Positions 40,031 to 53,883 of a DNA stretch of 64,000 bases are shown here, one piece after another. The notes under the pieces are model-generated. The model was not told where the DNA came from. It saw only the letters and a list, made by a program, of their open reading frames with translations, and did not search any database. Location: the NCBI RefSeq assembly GCF_018350175.1, contig NC_058368.1, positions 128,652,001 through 128,716,000 of the forward strand, written 5' to 3'. This DNA comes from Felis catus (taxonomy: Eukaryota). The stretch's first letter is position 1. Each line of letters begins with the position of its first letter. A program made the translations under genes and the position numbers.

Positions 40031-40399
40031 GTCAGTATTCCTAAACATTCTTCTGCAAACTTCTATATTGCAGCTTATTTTCACATACTGATATTACCCA
40101 CGAAGTCCTCAAGGGTAAAACCACATCATACATCCATAGTAGGCAATATTTATTATTATTTTTAAATAATAAAAATATTTATTATTGTGTAACTGTGTGG
40201 ACTCCCTTATTTTTTAAGGTTCCCAAATGTGTTCTTCATGAACAAATATGTTTTTATTAAATTTGCATATTTGAGGAAGACTAGAATATAAATATCCATA
40301 AGAATATGGAAATTTATAGATAATTACCAGGCTTAAGTTTTAATAGTTAGCAAGGTATGTTAACTTTTACTACTACTTTTTTTTTATTAGTAAAACTGT

Positions 40400-40602
40400 G
40401 TTTGTTTTTATTTATTTATTTTGAGAGAGAATGAGCATGAGCAGGGGGAGGGACACAGAGAGTAGAGAAAGAACATCCCAAACAGGCTCCGTGTTGTCAG
40501 TGCAGAGCCTGATGCATGGCTTGAACTCACAAACGGTGAGATCATGGCCTGAGCCAAAATCAAGAGTCGGAGGCTCAACCATCTGAGCCGCCCAGGTGCT
40601 CT
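40400..40602 (-). mobile_element. CanSINE
   Basis: Antisense SINEC motifs; near-TSD TAGTAAAACT/TAGTAATACT. Confidence 0.92.
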
Positions 40603-40859
40603 AGTAATACTTTACGTAAATAATTTAAATCAGTTTTCAACATTGGATGTTATTCTATGCAATTCAAAGACCTAGGAAATCAATACTGAATATCAATAGT
40701 AAAATAAAAACAGTTATTAATGATATTCCATATGAATATTTACAAAAATGAAGCCACAATTAATGCAAATCTATTATAGATATATGTGTGTGTTCACATA
40801 CACATATCTAAAGGCAAGAATTATTGAATACAAAATGATTCAAGACTAAAACTGTGTGT

Positions 40860-40927
40860 TTTTTTTTTAATTTTTTTTAATGTTTATTTTTGAGAGAGAG
40901 AGAGCAGGAGCAGGGGAGGGGCAGAGA
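40860..40927 (-). mobile_element. 5'-truncated CanSINE (3' end only)
   Basis: T-run, AATGTTTATTTTTGAGAGAG...GGGGAGGGGCAGAGA, then abrupt loss of homology. Confidence 0.8.
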
Positions 40928-41011
40928 AACTGAAAGTAAAAATCCATATATTAGCAAGTAGATTTGTCACTAATAAGCTGGAATCATTTTTTATAAAAGT
41001 ATTTGTACTTT

Positions 41012-41230
41012 AAAAAAAAATTTTTTTAATGTTTATTTATTTTTGAGAGAGAGGGAGAGACAGAGCATGAGCAGGGGACGGGCAGAGAGAGAGGGAGACA
41101 GAATCTGAAGCAGGCTCTAGGCTCTGAGCTGTCAGCACAGAGCCTGACGTGGGGCTCAAACTCATGAACCATGAGATCATGACCTGAGCTGAAGTTGGTC
41201 GCTCAGCTGACTGAGCCACCCAGGCAACCC
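41012..41230 (-). mobile_element. Felid CanSINE
   Basis: TSD AAAAGTATTTGTACTTT at 40995-41011 and 41231-41247. Confidence 0.95.
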
Positions 41231-41396
41231 AAAAGTATTTGTACTTTTAGACTTAACTATTATTCTAGATACCTCAAATGAGCCCAGTAACCTTGATAGC
41301 ACTATTTTAGCCATAAGAGATTATCTGCCTTTTGTTTGAAATGTATTAGTCCTTTATAAACATATAATTCCATGATTGTAATTTAAATTTCTCTTA

Positions 41397-41629
41397 TTTT
41401 ATTTTTTTTAATGTTTTTATTTATTTTTGAGAGAGAGAATGAGAGAGAGAGAGAGACAGAGTGTGAGCAGGGGAGGGGCAGAGAGAGAGAGGGAGACACA
41501 GAATCCGAAGCAAGCTCCAGGCTCCCAGCTGTCAGCACAGAGCCCAATGCAGGGTTGAAATCACGAACTGTGAGATCATGGACCTGAGCAAAGTCAGACA
41601 CTTAAGTGACTGAGCCACCCAGGTACCCC
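41397..41629 (-). mobile_element. Felid CanSINE
   Basis: TSD TAAATTTCTCTTA on both sides. Confidence 0.95.
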
Positions 41630-42052
41630 TAAATTTCTCTTAAACCTAAGTGCTTATTATTAGTGGACCAGTTACATGAATTATGGTACATATATACAAT
41701 GGGTGCTTCTGTAAAAAAATAATGAGGATATACTTTGTGTATTAATATGAAAAAATCTATTATAATTACTAAATGAAAGGAAAATTGCAGAACAGTTTAT
41801 AGTGTAAGCTATTTATGGAAAAACAAAAGGGGGGATCATATGTCTGTCTTTGTCTATAATATACATACATACATTTATATTGACTTCTGTGTGCATAAAA
41901 ATAATTTCTGGAAGGTTGAACTAGTAAAGGGAGGTTGTCAGTTAGTTGTATGTGTGTGCATGGATAGGAACTCAGCAGATAGGACATAGGCGTGAGGGAG
42001 TTTTTTCACTGTATACCATTTTATACTTTATGTTTGAACCATGTGAATGCAC

Positions 42053-42121
42053 TAGGTAGGTAGGTAGGTAGGTAGGTAGGTAGGTAGGTAGGTAAGTAGA
42101 TAGATAGGAAGACAGATAGAT
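42053..42121. repeat. (TAGG)n microsatellite grading into TAGA variants
   Basis: About ten TAGG units followed by TAGA-like units. Confidence 0.95.
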
Positions 42122-44022
42122 AGGAAGAATATTCTGTGTTTAAAAGTATGCTGGTGAATTCTGCTTTAAGAAAAACCCAGTAAGTGGAAACCAACTTTAA
42201 AAACAGTCCCATTTAGGGATTGATATGAATTAATCAAGAAAATATATAGAGCATCTCTTGCATGTAAATTGCCATATTAGACATTGCTGAAGCTACCAAA
42301 CAAAGTATAAGGACAAAGTGACAACCTTTTAAAAGTGTGCAGTGATTATGTTACAAAAATATTACTCGTTTTACAACAGGATTCCATGTACTGTCTCTGA
42401 ATCATGATATGATTCTAATTTCCCTCCTGAGTCTTCCAATCAGTAAATGAACTTTGTGGTTCTTCCAAGTTTTCTGAAGATGTAGTTTCTCAATTTCATA
42501 TCATCCTGGTTACTTTTCTCCAGTTGTTCTTCACTCTATCAGTGTGCTTTGTAAAAACTCAGCATCAAATGTGAAAATGAATGCTCTGAATTGGTGTGAG
42601 TAGCTCTGATTACAATTTTTACAATTTTGTTAGCATTTGGGATAACTTTGTCAAACTACTGAAAACTACCAACCATTTAAACTCAGTGCTCTGCCATTGG
42701 GCAGGAAGTATTCTAAGTAGATCACTGCCCTATAGGGCAGCAAAAGTAGCATGCAGTTTTATTCCAGAAGGTTTACTCATCTGTTCTGTGAGACTATCTT
42801 GCTATTTTATTGTGAGACTTGATGAAATATACCTCCTATGTAACCCTTTCGTGTCTGAAACACAAGACCTTCTGGCAGTGTCTCTAGTTACCCAACTCTG
42901 TTTTCCAGCATCTGCCCTTGAGTTCCATTCTGGCTGATTTCACCAGTAAACCTGGCTTTCTACCCCCATTGCAGAAGATCTGAGCCATAAAACCTCCAAA
43001 CTTTCCTGTTGTGAAGAACTAGTTGAATAGGCTTTTAGATTAGATGATCTTGGCTCATCAGGTATACCGTTCAGTTTCAGAAGCTTGGATGCAAATAAAT
43101 CTCCTATAGTATGCTTGTATGTTTATTTGACCTTTTGCAATGACGTATGCTTTGTGGTCATTAGAGTCTTTTATCTAATTTTAACCACTTGGTATTCAAA
43201 AGGCAAACATCCTAATGCAGTAACTTCTTTCATGGAGTTTAATATTTTATTTCTATATTTTCCTAGTCACAATTTTAGGTGAAGGATTTTCTGTCTTTTA
43301 GCTCCAGGTCATTTCTTCAGAAAAAAATTTCATGTGACAAGAGCAGTGGTAAAAACGTAAAAATGAAGCTCTTTAGGTTGAATTGCAGGGTTTGATGGAA
43401 GAAAGAAGGGGTTTCCCTGGAACTTTTTCTCTCTCAAGGCAGTCCGTGAAACATTTTCATGGAATGCTTTATGTTTAGTTTTACTTCTATTATTGTGTTC
43501 AGAAAAATGAAATTGACAGAAGTTAGATTGGCCTTAGGACAACCTTAGGAGAATCATTTTAGAGCTTTTGACTTTTTAGGATAGTGATTTTGATTAGCAG
43601 CAATTTGGATACTTTTTTTTATCTGACCTCATTTTCCTTATCAAGGTGTCTTCTTGTCTGCTGAAACATGTGGCCTTTCTTTTTGATTTGTTAACATTAT
43701 TCCTTGTATCCCATCCCAGTTCTGTGTATTCTGTGGAAATAATTATCCTTAGGGCCTAAATATCGGTAATAAATTCAAAATGGCCCAAGCAAAAGCCATT
43801 TATGAGTAGAAAGATGGCTTCCTTATGGGTAGTCTCTTAAAGACAGATGTATTTACCTAAATAAGAAATATTTTTGCAACTCTGGTAAGTGCAAATCTGG
43901 GGAAATTGTTACCAGTGTTTATACTTTGGATGTCAACACTTTATTCTTACATTTTTTTTAACCTTTAAATTTTTTCTAATTATAAAAGTAATACAATATT
44001 ATAGAAATATTTCATAAGGATA

Positions 44023-44241
44023 GGGGCGCCTGGGTGGCGCAGTCGGTTAAGCGTCCGACTTCAGCCAGGTCACGATCTCGCGGTCTGTGAGTTCGAGCCC
44101 CGCGTCAGGCTCTGGGCTGATGGCTCAGAGCCTGGAGCCTGTTTCCGATTCCGTGTCTCCCTATCTCTCTGCCCCTCCCCCGTTCATGCTCTGTCTCTCT
44201 CTGTCCCCAAAATAAATAAACGTTGAAAAAAAAATTTAAAA
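44023..44241 (+). mobile_element. Very young, CpG-rich felid CanSINE
   Basis: GGGGCGCCTGGGTGGCGCAGTCGGTTAAGCGTCCGACTTCAGCC with most CpGs intact; TSD AGAAATATTTCATAAGGA at 44003-44020 and 44242-44259. Confidence 0.97.
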
Positions 44242-44994
44242 AGAAATATTTCATAAGGACAGGAAAAGTCCATCACAATACTTACTCACCCCCCGGAAAT
44301 AACCACTTTGCAACTTGGAGTATATTTATATCAGTCAGGATGGGTAACTGGCCTGTCATAACAGAAGAACCATGAAATTCCAGTGGATTAACATGACAGA
44401 CATTTCTTTTTCCCTGGCCTACCCCAGGTTAAGTGTGAGGGTGTTGACAGTTTCCAACTGATGGAAAGATTCCACCATATTGTAACTGCAACATGTGGCC
44501 TCTTCAGATACTTTGGTAGGAGAGAAGAGGTTTAGAGATTATTTTTACTAGCAATTACATTTTTTGGAATAGCAGTGAAATGTGGTACTTTAGCTCACAG
44601 CTCATTGCCAGAGGCCCATCTTGAAGGGTACAAGGAAGTAGAGAGGAGCACTTGATACGGGTGAACGATAAGAATCCCTACAACAGTATTATTGCCTGTT
44701 TTTCTCTGTGCTGTTGTCTGTATTTTTATCTAACAAATGAGAATATCTTTTTAATCTACATTTCTTTAATTATTAGTGAGGTTGTGCATATTTTTTTGCC
44801 TATTTATATATTTATGTCGTATATAAAAAACTATTAATATCCTTCATCCATAGTTTTATCAGTTCTTCCTTTCAACCTATTCGTATATTAGGAACATTCA
44901 GACCTTTGCCTTTCATTTCATTAAACATCTTTTTTTCTCCAGTTTTTTCACATAGTCTTTTGACTTTGTTTGATGGTATTTTTTGCTTGTCAGT

Positions 44995-45284
44995 CTTTTA
45001 TTTATTATTTTTTTAATTTTTTTAACGTTTATTCAGTTTTGAGAGATGGAGAAACAGAGTGCAAGCGGGGGAGGATCAGAGAGAGGGAGACACAGAATCC
45101 GAAGCAGGCTCCGGGCTCTGAGCTCTCAGCACAGAGCCTGATGTGGGGCTCAAACCCACAAACTGTGAGATCGTGACCTGAGCTGAAGTCAGAGCCTGAT
45201 GCGAGGTTCAAACCCACAAACTGTGAGATCGTGACCTGAGCTGAAGTCAGATGCTTAACCAACTGAGCCATCCAGGCACCCCCC
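44995..45284 (-). mobile_element. Felid CanSINE with an internal 58-bp tandem duplication
   Basis: 45133-45190 is repeated at 45191-45248. Confidence 0.95.
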
Positions 45285-47863
45285 ACGATTTTGTTTTTAT
45301 GAAGAAAATTATACAACCCTTTTCTTTAAAGTTTCTGTGTTTCCTCTCATCCACAGAACAGCCTTTCCCAGTCCAGGCTTATTTGTATAATCCACTCATG
45401 TCACTTTTATATCCAAAATACTAAACTTCAAATAAGGCACCCCAAGGATATAAGGTTTGTTTTTCCCAGGTGCCAGGGGCTGTTTTGTGGGTTCCTCTGC
45501 ACATTTTGACTCCTCACACTTGCTATGTAACCATAGTCTCTGATAACCATTTTCCTATTTATGTTCTTATCTGTTACAACATTTCTTCTGAAAGACACCA
45601 TGTTAGTATGTGTTTTGTGAAGGAACCAGAATTTACCACAATTCAAGATCACCTTGTAGCTTAGCAATTTATAAAACCAAAGTAGCGTGAGCATCCCTCC
45701 ATCATGCCTGGCAAAATAAACCATTCACTCTCAGCCCACACTGTGAAGATTGAGGGTGGACAACATGATGGTCTTCTCTACTCTGCTCTCTGTACTTTAA
45801 TTGCACCCCAGATAGGAGAGGACACCCCATTCTTGGGAAGGTAATAGTGCTGCCAATGTTAGTTAGCCCTAAATTGCATTTATTTCCCTCTCCCACTTCC
45901 ACAGCTATTTCTCCTTTCTACCAACTTCTTGAGCTGTTTCTTTGATCCTGAAGTCCCTAGAGCTTTTCAGGCAGAAGTATGGCTGCAGTGCAGGGTGCCA
46001 GGCTCATCTGAACATTGTGTTTCAGGACTTCCCCTTGCCCACGCTTCCCTGTTAGCAGCAAAACTGCCAGTTCTGAAACATGACCTTATACTCTGTGATC
46101 AAAACCTGACTTACGATGGTCCTCCTACTCCCAGCAGCCCCACAACCCCCTAGAGAGAGCACTATACAAATCTGTGTTGCTTTTGTTTTGATGCCTCATG
46201 TGATAACCTGAATGTCCTCTAAGTTCAGTATTAAATCCTCTGTTTAGTTTGTAGTATGACTTTTAAATGACAATGTACAGAATAATTTATAATAACAGTA
46301 ATAACTAATATATGTAATACTAAGTTCTAGGCACTATTCTTAGCAGTTTATGTATACTAACTAACTTTATCCAGTGATCACATTTTATCTTAGTATCCCT
46401 ATTTTATGTGTAGGGAAAGTGGGGTACAAGGAAGTTACATAATACTAAAGAATATAAGCTGGTAAATTTCAGAGCCAGAGAGTCTCCTTCTGTAGTCTAT
46501 GTTCTTAACCAATTGCCTATACAGTAAAAATATATGTATATATTAAGTTTATTCAGCGTTTGTTTTCCAGTTTAGTTGGTGTCAGAGCATTCCAAGGCAA
46601 TCTTACCTATTTATAGGGACCTGTAAAGTTAGTGCCTCAACTATTGGAAGTGAGGGTTGACCTCAGCCATTTCTGAACTAACTCCTAGTGTGTGCTAGGT
46701 GCACACTGCCTGTGGACATTAGTGTTGCAGTAACCATTTTCCTCTCTTTCTCTGATGTTTCATATTGTTGAAACATGGCAAGCTTGTCTTTGTCTTTGTC
46801 AGGTAGGATTATAACCTACAGAGCCCACAGCCTAGAAATGAATCAACCCAACTAGTCCAAGGATAATATGTCATCCATATAGGGCTTCCTGCTGAGATAT
46901 TTAAGGCTGGGAAAAGTAAAAGGGGGTAAAATGGAGTGTTTCGGTGATGCTCTGAATGCCTAGAGTTAGCTTAAGTAGACTTCATCTAAGGGTGTGTACT
47001 ATCACTATGGTGAAAGCCTTTCTAGCCCTATACCAATGATTTTTATCATCCTTACTTCATGGCAGATAGAATAAAAGAACAGAGAAAATTTACTTCCAAA
47101 GCAATTTATTAAACATGAAGTGAAAAAAATCACGAGAGACTTGTTTCTTTTCATATTTTTCCCCTTCAAAATTGCCTTCTTATAGTTGCCTAATGAATTC
47201 ATTTCTCTTTCATATCACAAACTTAAGTGTGTCTCTGAATAAGACCCAGTGTCTGATTTTTTTTAAGTGCTAATATGTACTGGAACTAAGTTCAAAAATT
47301 CATCCCTCTTCCCCCCTCCAACCCACCCCCCTCAAATTCATTCCCTTGCTTCTTCCTTCTTTTTACAATTTGGGAAGTTTTGAAATTATGTTTGGATGGC
47401 TTTCACTGAGGAGATACGTTTGCTTGTTTATCCATTTTAAATCAAGAAAAAAAACACAGGTCAATATTCATATCATTTCTTGGCAAATAACTCAGTTGTC
47501 AAATTATTTTCGTGTCCTTGGTTTGGTGCCTACTCATATTAAACTTTTTGAAAGGGAGATTGAGTTTAAAATGTGGTTGCTCTTTAATCAGTAGGTAACC
47601 TCGAACAGTTTCAAAGGTATGGATAGTTTCTGTTTTTATGTGAAGTGAAGAATGAGACATTAGAGTTATAAAATTAAGATTCTTGTTGAGTAAGCAAATT
47701 TGCCTAAGGATAGGGGTAATGGAAATGCTTGATAATTTGCACTGAGAGGTGAGAGTTGTCACAAGCTGTCTCCCAGGCAACTAACTCTCTTGAAGCCATT
47801 ATACCTGGGCTGATCACCTTATTTCCTAATCTCAGTAAAGTTCATCTTAATCCTAAACACTTC

Positions 47864-48075
47864 GGGGCGCGTGGGTGGCTCATTTGGTTAAGTGTCCAAC
47901 TTCAGCTCAGGTCATGATCTCATGCTTCTGTGGGTTTGAGCCCTACGTCAGGCTCTGCTGACAGATGGGAGCCTAGAGCCTGCTTCAGATTCTGTGTCTC
48001 CCTCTCTCTCTGCCCCTCCTCTGCTCGCTCTCTCTCTCTCTCTCTGTCTCAAAAATAAACATTAAAAAAATTTTT
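47864..48075 (+). mobile_element. Felid CanSINE
   Basis: GGGGCGCGTGGGTGGCTCA head, CT tract, AATAAACATTAAAA tail. Confidence 0.94.
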
Positions 48076-48082
48076 TTAATAA

Positions 48083-48294
48083 ATTTTTTTTCAACGTTTA
48101 TTTATTTTTTGGGGGAGAGAGACAGAGCATGAACGGGGGAGGGGCAGAGAGAAAGGGAGACACAGAATCGGAAACAGGCTCCAGGCTCTGAGCCGTCAGC
48201 CCAGAGCCCGACGCGGGGCTCGAACTCACGGACCGCAAGATCGTGACCTGAGCTGAAGTCGGACGCTTAACCGACTGCGCCACTCAGGCGCCCC
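48083..48294 (-). mobile_element. Young felid CanSINE inserted antisense into the tail of the preceding SINE
   Basis: CpG-rich; TAAATTTTTT on both sides; outer TTAATCCTAA duplication encloses both SINEs. Confidence 0.95.
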
Positions 48295-49944
48295 TAAATT
48301 TTTTTAATAAATTTAATCCTAACCCCTCAATAAGAATTTTTCCCAAAACATGTTTTTTTCCCCTTGAGATTATAATAGAGAAATGTCATTGCTCATTTTT
48401 CTTTGTGATCTAGACATTACTCATCTTTTTGCTAGAAGCAATCAGGCAGTGCAAAATACCATCTTTGAGAATCTAAGAGCACCAAAGTTTGACCATAGTA
48501 GATTAGAATGGGTGATTTGAGAGGTGAGTGGTGGCAAAAGAACCCTCACAATCAGGTCCATTTTTTTAGGCTTTGTGGTTGTGTCTCAAGTTGTTTTTGA
48601 CACAACATACATGGTAAAACCATCCATCCCTGTCATTTGTGGAAGCCAAGGTACATTAAAAACCAATATTCCTTAATCTCCCAAATTAGGCATTTTGTAT
48701 TTATACCAGAGTTTTGTATTCTTTGTAATATTTATATATAGAAAGGATTTTAATATGGCAACTTCAAAGACCAAATACATCCTGTGGATTATGGCCTCTA
48801 TTTATATACTATTTGAGTCAATATATTCATGTAACCTTTTATTTAAAATGGTATAATTAGATCACAAGAGGACATAGCTCACCCTTACTTGGCATGAAGA
48901 GTTTCCTTTAATAAAACCATATTTAAAAAGAAAAATTACTTCCAGGTAAAAATTGGCTTTAGTGCATGTAATTTAGGATCTAATCAAGTACTAAAAAGTT
49001 ATTTAGGGAATAAGACATTGATTTTTATCTTCCATGAGGGCTAGCTGTGCTGTTGATGGGAAGTATTCACATTTTTGTCACATAAAGCGTTTTAACTATT
49101 TTGGCTGTATATTGGTTGATACCACAAGGTAGTAGAAAATGTATGTGCACAGTCTTTGAAGTCCTATAGACCAAATTAAAATTCCATTTTCCCTACCAAC
49201 TAATTGTGTGACCTTGACCCAAGTTTATTTTGGGACAATCCTATGTTTCTTCATCTGTAAAATGGGAATAATAATACTAAGCTGCTAAGTGGAGATTAAA
49301 AGGAATAATTTAAGAAAACCACCAGGTACCATGCCTTAAACCCTGTGTCTATTTGATCCCACAGTTTAACCTGTTTCACCTTATAAATCTCTCTCTGGAT
49401 TATTGTGGTAGTCTGGTATTCCATTCCTGTCTTCCACTTCACCCTCAAAGCGGCCACCAAAGTGATTCTTTTAAAACACATCTTTGAACCTATTCATCAG
49501 CTACATTATTAAATTTGCCAGTGACTCTCTGTTGTGTCAAGGAAAAAGTCCATGTACCTTGTCATGGCATTCTTGGGCTTTCCAAGATCTGATTCCACTA
49601 TCTCTTTAATCTCTTTGATCCTGCAGGCCTCATAGGTGAGGAATTTGCCAGGTGAGAGGAGCCCTGAATCACAGGCTTGTTGCCTTTATATATAGTTTTA
49701 GTCTGTGTTGGTGGTGCTAGTGGTAAACTATATCTGCTCACATAATCTCCTGTCTTCCTGTTACCAAAAAGTACTTTTCTTGCGGCTTTAATATTAGTAA
49801 ATTACTTTAGTATTTTATTCCTTCCTATGTTGTTAGACTTGTGTGAGGTTTTAATGCAGTGCCAGTAGCAGAAACTAGCCACAACTCTTCATGTTGTAGC
49901 CCTTGTCCTTGGGAATCTTTAAATGCCAAATGCATATGAGGATT

Positions 49945-50980
49945 TTTTGCTAATTGAGGTAAAACTCACATAACATAAAATTAACCAGTTTAAAGTATAC
50001 CATATGGTGGCGTTCAGTACATTCACATTTTTGTGCAGTCCTCACCCTTGTCGAGTTCCACAACACTTTTTGAGGATATTTTTAACCTAACGCAGAAAAT
50101 TTTTGAATGAGTGCTGAAAGAATAAGGCTAAGAATGTTAAGGATTGGCCTGATGATGAGCTCCTCTAGTAGGATCTCCCAAGTTTACAAATTCTATAAAT
50201 TATATGTATATAAATATTTATTTACATTTATATAATAAATGACACATAATATAAATTTACCATCTTAACCACTTTTAAATACACATTTCAGTAGAGTTAG
50301 GTACATTCACCTCACTGTGCACTAAAGTGCCCAGAAGTCTTTTCATGTTGGAAAACTGAAACTCATCAACTTAACAGTTCCCCTCCTCCCTCTTCAGCCC
50401 CTGGCAACCACCATTTTATTTTCTATTTCTATGAATTTGACTGTTCTGGGTACCTCATATAAGCAGAATCATATAGTATTTGTGTTTTTGGCTTTCTGTG
50501 ACTGGCTTATTTCACTTAGCATGATGTTGCCAAGGTTCTTCCATGTTGTGACATGTGTCAGAATTTCCTTCCTGTTTAAGTCTGAAAAATCTTCCATTGT
50601 ATCTATTTACCACTTTTGTTTATCCATTTATCTGTCACTGGACATTTGAGTTGTTTTCACCTTTGGATGTTGTGAGTAATGCTGCTCTCTGAATGTGGGT
50701 GTACTAATGTTTCTTTGAGACACTTCTGTTCTTTCTGTTCTGCCAGAAGTGGAATTGCTCGATCATAGTGTTAATTCTATTTTTAACTTTGAAGACCACC
50801 GTATTGTTTTCCATAGAAGCAGCACCATTTTACACTCCTACCAACAGTGCACAAGGGTTCTAATTTGTCCACATCTTGCTAACACTTGTCTCATTTGGGG
50901 ATTTTTGGTGTTTTTTGTTTTGTTTTGTTTCATTTTGATTTGTTTTTTATAAGAGCTATCCTCATGAATGTGAGGTAGAG
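49945..50980 (-). mobile_element. Old LINE-1 3' fragments (L1MB-like), two pieces (~49945-50070 and ~50230-50980)
   Basis: CCCCTGGCAACCACCATT; TCTATGAATTTGACT; GTGACTGGCTTATTTCACTTAGCATGATG; CCACCGTATTGTTTTCCATAG. Confidence 0.8.
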
Positions 50981-52106
50981 TCATACATTTTAAATTAAAC
51001 TCTGATACAGAGGGACTTAGGATGAAAAATGTCCAGTCTCATTTAGAGATTGTGGCAAAAGTCTAAATTTGAAAACTTGTGCTATGTGACCCTTTTCTCC
51101 TTCACTGTACCCCAAATGACAGGCCTCGAGTAAGGCTTATCACAGCTTAAGAAGTCAAGAAGTTAGAAGCAGTAACACTGATTGGCAGTAAGAAATAACT
51201 AAGTTATTGTGATGTGGTGGAATCTTTTAAAGTCAGAAAGCCAATCTCAGTAGGATCTATGTAGGTTGAAGTACAGTATACTATTTTACTTATTTATAAT
51301 TAGCATGAGATCCAAAGAGAAAATGAGTACACAAAGGGTTTTATTTACTAAGGCAAGGGAAAAAAATATGTCATTTAAAAATTATTTTTATTAAAGTGGT
51401 CAGACTGGATGGAAATATTTTCTTTTCAAAGCAATTGGCTTCATTTGTCTGAAAATGCTGTCCTATGGATTAGCTGATTTTTCACTGTTGCCAAAAAGGT
51501 GACATACTGTTTAAAGTAGCATATATTCAAGTGCCTAGAAACATTTCACCATCTTCTGTGTAAAATCCAATTGTCTTTTTAATTTTCCATTTTCTGGAAT
51601 GATATCTGAAATCACTGTTTTCCTCCTCCTTTACTTTTATAACTCCTATTCGATGAATAGCTCTTACAGAAAGCTTCCCATTTCTTTATACTCCACAATT
51701 CTGGGTCCCTTATTTTTTCCTTTGTAGTATCATGGCAGATAGCATTTTCTCTGTTACACTTACCTCCCTGTATTGTAGTGATTCTTAACCATCTGACTCC
51801 CGAGACCACCAGTGTGTCTCAGATCAGAGACAGAGTTGTTGCTATCATGCTGCAAAGTGTACATAGCATACATCTTGGTAAGCCTCTGGGAATGTGAGGC
51901 CGTTACATTGTCTGATATGAGTCATCATGAAAAGAAAAATACTGGGACCATTGAACCAGACTGTGACCAACTTGAGCCTTCTTTCTTTTACTCCCATGTA
52001 TAGAGCAGTGTTTGACCTAGGTACTCAGTGTGTGTATGTATACATGTGCTTATATAAATAAATATTTATTGTATTTTTAAAATGTATTTTAAATGTTTGT
52101 ATTTTT

Positions 52107-52320
52107 AAAAAAAATTTTTTTTAACGTTTATTTATTTTTGAGACAGAGACAGAGCATGAACAGGGGAGGGGCAGAGAGAGAGGGAAACACAGAATCTGAA
52201 ACAGGCTCCAGGCTCTGAGCTGTCAGCACAGAGCCCAATGCGGGGCTCAAACTCATGGACCGCGAGATCGTGACCTGAGCCAAAGTCGGATGCTTAACCG
52301 ACCAAGCCACCCAGCACCCC
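52107..52320 (-). mobile_element. Felid CanSINE
   Basis: TSD AAATGTTTGTATTTTT on both sides. Confidence 0.95.
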
Positions 52321-52794
52321 AAAATGTTTGTATTTTTTAAAATGAGTAAACACTAAGATGAAGAATTTGGATTTTCTTTTTAAGAAAGATATATGCATTG
52401 TGGAATTTTAAGTTTTGTATAGGAAGAGTGATAGAGTTGTGATACACTAAAACTGTTATAAAATCATTCTCTTCCTTCTTCCAGAAGAGATACAAGGTTG
52501 AAGATTCAAAGACAGAGGTATAAAATTGCAGTGAAGGGAACAAGTAAAATCAGGGTGAGGGAAAAGTGGACCCAGATATGAGGCTGTAATGTAAACTACA
52601 ATTACCTGCACATTTCTCAGAGTGGACTGCAAATGCATCTCTGAGCTTTCTAGCAGCCAACTCAGAAAGAGACAGCCTTCCATCATGTAAATAACTATTG
52701 TGAAGGAACAGGACTATTTTTGTTTTGTTTTGTTTTCCAAAAAGAAACATAGCCTCATTTTGCTTTTATTCTTTAAAAAATACACATTTCTTTA

Positions 52795-52995
52795 GGCATC
52801 TGGGTGGCTCAGTCAGTTAAGCATCCGACTTTGGCTCAGGTCATAATCTCACAGTTTGTGGGTTTGAGCCCTGCATCAGGCTCTGTGCTAACAGCTCAGA
52901 GCCTGGAGCCTGCTTCAGATTTTGTGTCTCCCTCTCTCTCTGCCCCATCTCCACTCATGCTCTCTCAAAAATAAATAAACATTAAAACATTTTTT
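52795..52995 (+). mobile_element. Felid CanSINE
   Basis: GGCATCTGGGTGGCTCAGTCAGTTAAGCATCCGACT head; AATAAATAAACATTAAAA tail. Confidence 0.94.
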
Positions 52996-53473
52996 AAATT
53001 AATAAGAAAGTACAAAATCTGTTGTTAATTGCCCCACCAGAGATAATTTTGGGCCACACTCCTAACTTCTCAGTAATCCAGAGACAAGAACAGTTGGTAA
53101 CACAATTTGTGCTAAGTTACATTCCCAGCAGCATAAGAACTTCTTAATTTTCCTGCACCCCCTGTAACACGGGGTCACTGTTGGTAATCTTTCTTAGTCC
53201 TATAAGAGAAAAATGATACTGTTATTTTTCTCTTATTCTTAGTACTGAAATCTGATGTAACTTCTCCCATAGTTTTTATAGACTTTATGCAATATAATTA
53301 ACAAGTATCTCTGACGACATCTTTTGATAGATTTGATATGTTTCCTTCTGAAATACTTTTTTACAATAGCTGATTTTTAATTCAGTCATAGTCTTTCTGG
53401 GGCCAGTATGATATGGCCTGGTATTCCGTGTGTTTGTTGAATTTTATTTATCCAGCAGTATATTTGTAAAGAC

Positions 53474-53883
53474 TGCTAGCTTTCCACCAAAATCCACTTT
53501 CTACTTCTTCATGGACACACAGCTAGACTACATTTAACAAGTTTCCTTTTAAATTAGGTGTGGCTGTATGACCAGGTTTTCTGTAGTGCATTGTAACTGG
53601 AAGTATTGTGAGTCACTTCCTGGCCTAATCAGTAAAAATCTACCTTTGTTTCTCAGTGCTCTTTCTTCTTTCTGGCTGAATGAAATGGCAGTGCTCAGGG
53701 AAACCCTGGAAGTCAGCTGTTGAAGATGGCTGAATAGCCTTCAGTCTGAATCCTCATATGACTATGTGGGAAGAACTGGCCTACCTGAGCATCCACCCAG
53801 GATGCAAAGAAAGAAATTTCTCATTTAAGCTACTTAATTTTGAGTCCATTTGCTACCACAGCTTAGCCTACCCTAACTAATAG
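53474..53883 (+). mobile_element. Ancient MaLR LTR (MLT1H/I/J-like)
   Basis: TTAGGTGTGGCTGTATGACCAGGTTT; GTCACTTCCTGGCC; TTGAAGATGGC; end TTAGCCTACCCTAACTAATA. Confidence 0.6.
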
